The translations under genes were made by a program, and so were the position numbers. A DNA stretch of 64,000 nucleotides from a candidate division FCPU426 bacterium (lineage in GTDB: Bacteria; Oederibacteriota; Muellerivitia; Muellerivitales; Muellerivitaceae): NCBI GenBank assembly GCA_963719085.1, contig CAVRAL010000001.1:384001-448000 (forward strand), read 5' to 3'. Below are positions 58,746-64,000 of the stretch, one piece after another (within the stretch, counting starts at the first letter, position 1; every line of letters starts with the position of its first letter). The notes beneath the pieces are model-generated. The model did no database searches. It was given only the letters and a program-made list of their open reading frames with translations, and was not told the origin of the DNA.

Positions 58746-60097
58746 TGAAAAAACAAGCGTTTTTGGCCTTGGGATTGATTTTGGGGTTGAGCGGATGGTC
58801 GCGCGCCGGGGCGGATGAGGTCGCGAGCCCGGTTCCAACGGCTCCCGCGGTTTCAAGCCCAATCCCCACGCCGACCGCCACTGCGACTTCCACCCCGGGA
58901 ATCAGTGTCAAGGACGCGCCGTACAGCGCCTATGGTGACGGGGTCCATGACGATACGGCCGCGGTTTCCATGGCCTTCGCTCACGCGGCGGCCCAAGGCG
59001 GCGGACTCTATTTCCCTCCGGGTAGCTATAAGATTACCGAAACGATATTGGTATCGGCCTCGAATTTCGTATTTTCCGGCGTCCGGGGCCAATCCATCCT
59101 GACCACCGATAATTTGACCAAATTACTGCAATTAAAAGATTGTTCCAACGGAACCTTTGAGAACATTTCCTTCCAGGCGACCACTCAGGACTCGGGGAAA
59201 GAAAAAGGGGGCCATAGCCTCATCGTGGCCAACGACGCCCCGGTCAACCACTTGAATTTCCAGGGATGCTCCTTTACCACACCCAACGCGGACATGAACG
59301 GCGTTTATTTCGTCTCCCATTCGGATATTCCGAACCTGTTTCAGGGGATCCATTTCACCGATTGCGACTTCACTCATATCGGTCGTATTGGGGCTGAGAT
59401 TCAAAACTTATCCCAGTCCAAGGCCACCACCCAAAGCATCACGGACGTGGCGTTCGACAACTGCCGCTTCACGGATTGCGGAATTTTTACTTGGGGCATG
59501 GGCGTCAGCGGTTCGGCGGGCCGCTATGACTCTGGGTTGACGGTGACCGGCTGTACCTTTGACCATGTGAAATTCTGCGCCATTGAAGCCATGTTCAATC
59601 AGGTTTTGATCCAAGGAAACCGGTTCGTCAACGCCGGCAGCGATCATACAAGCCTCATCCATGTCACGCCCAAAGAATTTAACTTAAACGGCTTCAACTT
59701 CTCCCAAAACGAGTGTCCGGATGGAACTTACAACGCGAACTTTCTTTGGAACTGTTCCGCCGTCCGGTCGGAGAACAATCGTTGGGCCACCCGGGGCCGC
59801 GCCTTTTTTCTGCGGGACGATTCGGACATGATTTTTTCCAACGACACGATCCAGGTCACGGGCGGCGCGGCGATCATGGAGGACAGGCCTTGTCTGTCTA
59901 CCACCTTTTCCAACTGCCAAATCTCCAATAACGACGGCTGGATCGTCAATAGCCAGACCGGCGGGGATTCGGGAATCACCTTGGAGGACTGCACCCTATC
60001 GACCCCGGGGGGCCAGGCGTTTAAACTTCCCCGGGGAGGCACCCTCCACGCGGTGAACAATACCTTGAACGGCCAAATCGTTTCGGACATGAACTGA
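58742..60097 (+). CDS. Secreted right-handed beta-helix (pectate-lyase-3-like) protein
   Basis: Signal peptide, PT linker, SVKD...AYGDGVHDDTAA...LYFPPGSY, repeated I.F..C.F strands. Confidence 0.85.
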   Translation: MMKKQAFLALGLILGLSGWSRAGADEVASPVPTAPAVSSPIPTPTATATSTPGISVKDAPYSAYGDGVHDDTAAVSMAFAHAAAQGGGLYFPPGSYKITETILVSASNFVFSGVRGQSILTTDNLTKLLQLKDCSNGTFENISFQATTQDSGKEKGGHSLIVANDAPVNHLNFQGCSFTTPNADMNGVYFVSHSDIPNLFQGIHFTDCDFTHIGRIGAEIQNLSQSKATTQSITDVAFDNCRFTDCGIFTWGMGVSGSAGRYDSGLTVTGCTFDHVKFCAIEAMFNQVLIQGNRFVNAGSDHTSLIHVTPKEFNLNGFNFSQNECPDGTYNANFLWNCSAVRSENNRWATRGRAFFLRDDSDMIFSNDTIQVTGGAAIMEDRPCLSTTFSNCQISNNDGWIVNSQTGGDSGITLEDCTLSTPGGQAFKLPRGGTLHAVNNTLNGQIVSDMN

Positions 60098-60099
60098 GG

Positions 60100-61362
60100 A
60101 TGGCCCGGAGGCTTTTTTTTCAGGCTTTGGAAACATTTTGGATAGCGGGCTGCGGGCTTCTGCGGTTCCTGCGGGGGCTCAAGTCTTTTTTTGAGGGCTT
60201 GCTCGAGTTTGGATATTTTTTATGTTTGAGTCCGGGTTCCCCGGACTCGGGCGGGGACAAGCCCCGAAAAATATTGGTCATCAAACCGGATGGAATCGGC
60301 GATCTGATCCTGGCCATCCCATTCTTACGCGGATTGAAAAAAGAGTTTCCCCAGGCTTCCATCACCGTGGTGGCTCATCCCGCCGCCGTCCCGCTTTTGG
60401 AGTTCTGCCCCTATGTCGACGAGGTTCTTCCTTTCAAAAACAAATGGGGAAAATACCTCCGTTTCGGGGGGATCCGCCGCGCACTCGCTTTTGCCCGCCA
60501 ATTTTTGGCCGGGCGGGAATTTGACCTGGCGGTTTTGCCGCGCTGGGACGTGGATTACTATTACGCCTCCCTTTTGATTCAAGGTAGCGGCGCTCCCCGG
60601 CGGATCGGTTATTCCAGCCGGATCTCGATGGAAAAGCGGCTTTTGAACCCCGGTTACGATCTTTGCTTCAGCCAAGTGGCCCGGGGCGGCGGGGGGCTTC
60701 ACGAAGTCCAAAAGAACCTGGAACTGCTCCGACAAATGGGTGTTCCGGTCCAAGACGATGGGTTGGAATTTTGGGCCGGGGACGCGGATTGGGAGGTCGT
60801 GGATCGTTTGTGGGGGACGCTGGAAATGCGGAACCCGCATAGGCCTATCGCTCTCGGGGTGGGCCCGGCGGGTTCACGTCGGCAGTGGCCGGCGGATCGG
60901 TTTATTGAATTGGCCCGTTGGCTTCACGCGCGTTATGCCGTCCCGATTTTGGTGGTGGGTTCCAAGGCCGAATCTTTCGTCGGGGATCGAATCGCGGCGG
61001 AGACCGGGGCCTACCTGCGTAATTTGTCGGGCCGGATTAGTTTACGGCAAACCGCCGCCGTCTTAGCCCGATGCGGGCTTTTTATCGGGAACGATTCCGG
61101 GCCGCTTCACCTGGCCGCGGCGGCTGAGTGTCCGGTGCTTGAAATTTCATGCCATCCACGGGGCGGGGCCGCCGAGGGGGAGAATTCCCCTTTGCGCTTT
61201 TCCCCTTGGGGGGTTCCTAGTAGAATTTTGCAGCCTGATCCGCAAAGTCCGCTCTGCGCGGTTAAATGTTCCGCGTTTTTCCCCCATTGTATCCTCGGCG
61301 TTTCCGTGGAACGAACAAAGGAAGCCGTAACGGAATTGTTGGAAGAACCGAAAAAATTTTGA
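60100..61362 (+). CDS. Glycosyltransferase family 9 (heptosyltransferase-like)
   Basis: KILVIKPDGIGDLILA.P.L..LK..FP, RQWP..RF, FIGNDSGPLHLAAA. Confidence 0.9.
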   Translation: MARRLFFQALETFWIAGCGLLRFLRGLKSFFEGLLEFGYFLCLSPGSPDSGGDKPRKILVIKPDGIGDLILAIPFLRGLKKEFPQASITVVAHPAAVPLLEFCPYVDEVLPFKNKWGKYLRFGGIRRALAFARQFLAGREFDLAVLPRWDVDYYYASLLIQGSGAPRRIGYSSRISMEKRLLNPGYDLCFSQVARGGGGLHEVQKNLELLRQMGVPVQDDGLEFWAGDADWEVVDRLWGTLEMRNPHRPIALGVGPAGSRRQWPADRFIELARWLHARYAVPILVVGSKAESFVGDRIAAETGAYLRNLSGRISLRQTAAVLARCGLFIGNDSGPLHLAAAAECPVLEISCHPRGGAAEGENSPLRFSPWGVPSRILQPDPQSPLCAVKCSAFFPHCILGVSVERTKEAVTELLEEPKKF

Positions 61363-61378
61363 AAGTTCCCAGGAGACA

Positions 61379-62188
61379 ATGGAGGAGGCTCGCGTGAACG
61401 AATTCCCTAAATCCCTCCCCCGGACGCCTGTGCTGGGTGTTCCGGTGACCCGCGCCGAATTGGGCGAGGTCACGGCTTGGGTCTTGGAATCCGCCCGGCG
61501 GCGTTTGCCTGCCAAGGTGGCCGTGGCGCCGGTTCATAACCTGGTGGTGGCCCATCAGGACCCGGAACACCGGGAGGCCCTCCGAGGATGCCAGATCGTC
61601 ACGGCGGACGGACAACCGGTCCGCTGGACGGTGAACTTATTCCGGGATGCGGAAACGCCGCCCCTTCGCGAGCGGGTGTATGGACCGGATTTGACCCGGG
61701 TGCTTTGCGAATCCGCGGCTCGGGAAGGGATGGCGGTTTATTTTTTCGGCTCGACCCCGGCGGTCATGGAAAAGCTCTTGGCCCGGCTGCGGGCGATGAT
61801 CCCGAAGTTGTCGGCTTCCGGCCATTGCCCGGGCCTGGTGAATTTTTCGGGAGCCCCAGCGGAGGTTTACGACCCGGCGGAGGACTTGGAAAAGATACGC
61901 TCTTCGGGAGCCCAAATCCTGTTCGTAGGACTGGGTTGTCCCAAGCAGGAGCGCTGGATGCATCTTTACGCCCAGAGGGTTGGAATCCCTTGTTTGGGTG
62001 TGGGGGCCGCCTTTGATTTCCACGCGGGCACCTTGGCTCAAGCGCCCGTTTGGATGCAAAAAATCGGGTTGGAGTGGTTTTTTCGTCTGGTCATGGAACC
62101 CCGCCGGTTGTGGCGGCGTTATTTAATCGGCAACAGCTTATTTATAGCCTTGGTGGCCCGTGAAATTTTGCGCCGGAGAAAAGAATGA
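61379..62188 (+). CDS. WecG/TagA/CpsF family (GT26) glycosyltransferase
   Basis: ADGQP, ERVYGPDL, FVGLGCPKQE, GVGAAFDF.AG, GLEWFFRL..EPRRLWRRY. Confidence 0.93.
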   Translation: MEEARVNEFPKSLPRTPVLGVPVTRAELGEVTAWVLESARRRLPAKVAVAPVHNLVVAHQDPEHREALRGCQIVTADGQPVRWTVNLFRDAETPPLRERVYGPDLTRVLCESAAREGMAVYFFGSTPAVMEKLLARLRAMIPKLSASGHCPGLVNFSGAPAEVYDPAEDLEKIRSSGAQILFVGLGCPKQERWMHLYAQRVGIPCLGVGAAFDFHAGTLAQAPVWMQKIGLEWFFRLVMEPRRLWRRYLIGNSLFIALVAREILRRRKE

Positions 62189-63090
62189 TGTACCCTAATT
62201 TTTTCATCATCGGCGCCCCTAAATGCGGCACGACGGCATTGGCCCAATATCTTTCGGAAAACCCGTATATTTTTTTTAGCGGAACCAAGGAACCCCTTTA
62301 TTTCTCGTTCGATCTCATGAAAACAGCCGCCATGGATTTGGAAGCCTATCTTTCGCTTTTCAAGGGGGCCGATCCCGGGGTTCATCAGGCGGTCGGAGAA
62401 GGCTCCGCCGTTTATCTTTTTTCCCGGACGGCCGTTTCTGAGATTTTGAAATTCAACCCGGAAGCGAGGTTCATCGTCCTTTTGCGCAATCCGGTGGATT
62501 TGGTGCAGGCCTGGCATTCCCAAAAAATATTCGAGGGACGGGAAGATATCCTGGACTTTGAGCGGGCTTGGCGGGCGGAAGGGGAGCGGCGAAATGGCAA
62601 ACGAATCCCCGCCTCCTGTTGGGAACCTAAGGATCTTTTTTACTCGGAGTGGGGGTTGTTGGGGGGGCAAATGAAACGTCTTTTAGAGAGGGTGCCGAAG
62701 AGCCGGGTCAAAGTGATTCTGTTTGAAGATTTTAACGCCGACCCGGCAAAAACCTACCGTGAAACACTCGATTTTTTAGGCGTGCGGTGGGACGGCCGGA
62801 CGCGGTTTGAACGGATCAACGAAAATAAACGATTGATCTGGCCGCCGCTCCAATTGTTTTTTGGCTTTTTAGCCCAATGCGCTTGGTGGATAAAAAAAGA
62901 ACTTCGCCTTACCCGGAAATGGGGGATTGTCTCCGGCTTGCTTTCCTGGAACACCCGGGCGGGGAAAAGACCGCCGGTTTCGCCGGCGTTTCAGTCCGAA
63001 TTAGAGGCTTTTTACAAGGCGGATGTTTCCATGTTGTCCGATTTGTTGGGGCGTGATTTATCCCATTGGACTTCCAGCAAGGACGCTTGA
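62185..63090 (+). CDS. PAPS-dependent sulfotransferase 2
   Basis: PNFFIIGAPKCGTT, KEPLYF, LRNPVD; close paralogue of 54364-55269. Confidence 0.92.
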   Translation: MMYPNFFIIGAPKCGTTALAQYLSENPYIFFSGTKEPLYFSFDLMKTAAMDLEAYLSLFKGADPGVHQAVGEGSAVYLFSRTAVSEILKFNPEARFIVLLRNPVDLVQAWHSQKIFEGREDILDFERAWRAEGERRNGKRIPASCWEPKDLFYSEWGLLGGQMKRLLERVPKSRVKVILFEDFNADPAKTYRETLDFLGVRWDGRTRFERINENKRLIWPPLQLFFGFLAQCAWWIKKELRLTRKWGIVSGLLSWNTRAGKRPPVSPAFQSELEAFYKADVSMLSDLLGRDLSHWTSSKDA

Positions 63091-63093
63091 ACC

Positions 63094-63699
63094 ATGAGTG
63101 GATCCAAAGGGGCCGCCGGTGCGGGCAAAAAATATTGGGTTTTAATTTTTATTTGTTTCTGCGCCTTGGCCGCCGAATTCCTCTATTTTGCCTTTACCTA
63201 CCGGGCGTTGAATCCGGCGCCTCCGCCGGAATTCGATCTGGTGCTAAAATATACCGATTCGGGTTCTTTAAAATTTCCCCTATACTTGGCCGAGCATTTT
63301 CATAAACCCCTTTATATTTCGAAGGCCCCCTGGGAGAACGGAAAGTTCTACCGAAAAATTCCAAAGGGCCTGGGGGTTTTTGTCGATTCCAGCGGGCGGA
63401 CCACGGATGCCAACGCGCGCCATAGCGCGCCCTTTATCCGCTCCCACGGGTTCAAGCGGGTTTTGCTGGTCACGTCTTGGGTTCACGCTCCCCGCGCCCT
63501 CTTTTTGACCCGGTTTTATCTTTGGGGTTCGGGAGTTTCGGTGATCGCCTGTCCCGGTGAGTCCGTTCCGGCGAATTGGTGGCGGCAAATGGGATTTTGG
63601 ATGGAGAGCGTTAAGTTTTGGGGAAGCTTGGGCCGGGTGGTTTTGGCCTCTGCACCTTTCGAGTGGGAGACGGGCCCAGACGGGAGAAAATTGAAATGA
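63094..63699 (+). CDS. YdcF/ElyC (DUF218) family protein
   Basis: N-terminal TM, TTDANA, VLLVTSWVHAPRA, terminal E..K motif. Confidence 0.8.
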   Translation: MSGSKGAAGAGKKYWVLIFICFCALAAEFLYFAFTYRALNPAPPPEFDLVLKYTDSGSLKFPLYLAEHFHKPLYISKAPWENGKFYRKIPKGLGVFVDSSGRTTDANARHSAPFIRSHGFKRVLLVTSWVHAPRALFLTRFYLWGSGVSVIACPGESVPANWWRQMGFWMESVKFWGSLGRVVLASAPFEWETGPDGRKLK

Positions 63700-64000
63700 A
63701 GCTCAAAAAACGACGCTTTGAATCTGGATGGATGATTCGGGCATTGGTTTATGTTTTGGAAAGGATCCGCCGTCGAAAAAGGCTTTTGTTTTCAACCGCC
63801 GGTTTCGACGAACCGAGGAATACCAGGAACCTTTTTGGCCCGGAATCTTTTTCATCGATTGAAATCTATTCCAGGGAGGCGTCGGCTTCGAACCCGGCCT
63901 TAACCCGAGTGGAAATCGAAAAGTTTAAAAACAAGGGATGGGTGGGGACCTATCCGCTGCTGACTCCCCGGGGCGGGCGTCTTTTGTTAAGCGTGCATGA
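63696..64000 (+). CDS. 3'-truncated ORF, possibly PhyH-family dioxygenase
   Basis: ATGA overlap with the previous stop; frame open to the window end; LTRVEIEKFKNKGWVG resembles the LT.E.I..F...G. start of PhyH proteins. Confidence 0.5.
   Translation, partial: MKLKKRRFESGWMIRALVYVLERIRRRKRLLFSTAGFDEPRNTRNLFGPESFSSIEIYSREASASNPALTRVEIEKFKNKGWVGTYPLLTPRGGRLLLSVH

Overview
Chromosomal segment of a GC-rich diderm bacterium; no rRNA, tRNA, CRISPR array, transposase or integrase was recognised. Left half (1-27.2 kb): a 5'-truncated GH116 glucosidase with three near-identical 162-bp repeats and a T9SS/FlgD-like C-terminal domain, a GT39-like membrane glycosyltransferase with TPR, and an envelope module of divergent SpoIID/LytB, alpha-2-macroglobulin and pbpC. 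The macroglobulin keeps its CxEQ thioester but is fused to an unusual ~360-aa polytopic membrane domain. Two small secreted proteins sharing a probable ECF-sigma promoter follow, then an acyltransferase-3, cobO, a CBM-CBM-GH5-like hydrolase, a lipoprotein, DoxX and queE-queC. Several intergenic spacers hold palindromic REP/MITE-like repeats, two of them with the same nested 72-bp insert. Right half (27.6-64 kb): two tandem paralogous Wzx/Wzy-type polysaccharide loci, each opening wza-wzc-wecA-like. Locus 1 has an AT-rich core with a probable PRPP-dependent ribofuranosyltransferase, acetyltransferases, a methyltransferase and an oxygenase/reductase pair. Locus 2 is GC-rich, encodes CysQ and two sulfotransferases (probable sulfated polysaccharide) and runs off the window end. 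All functional calls come from reading motifs by eye; no database search was run.
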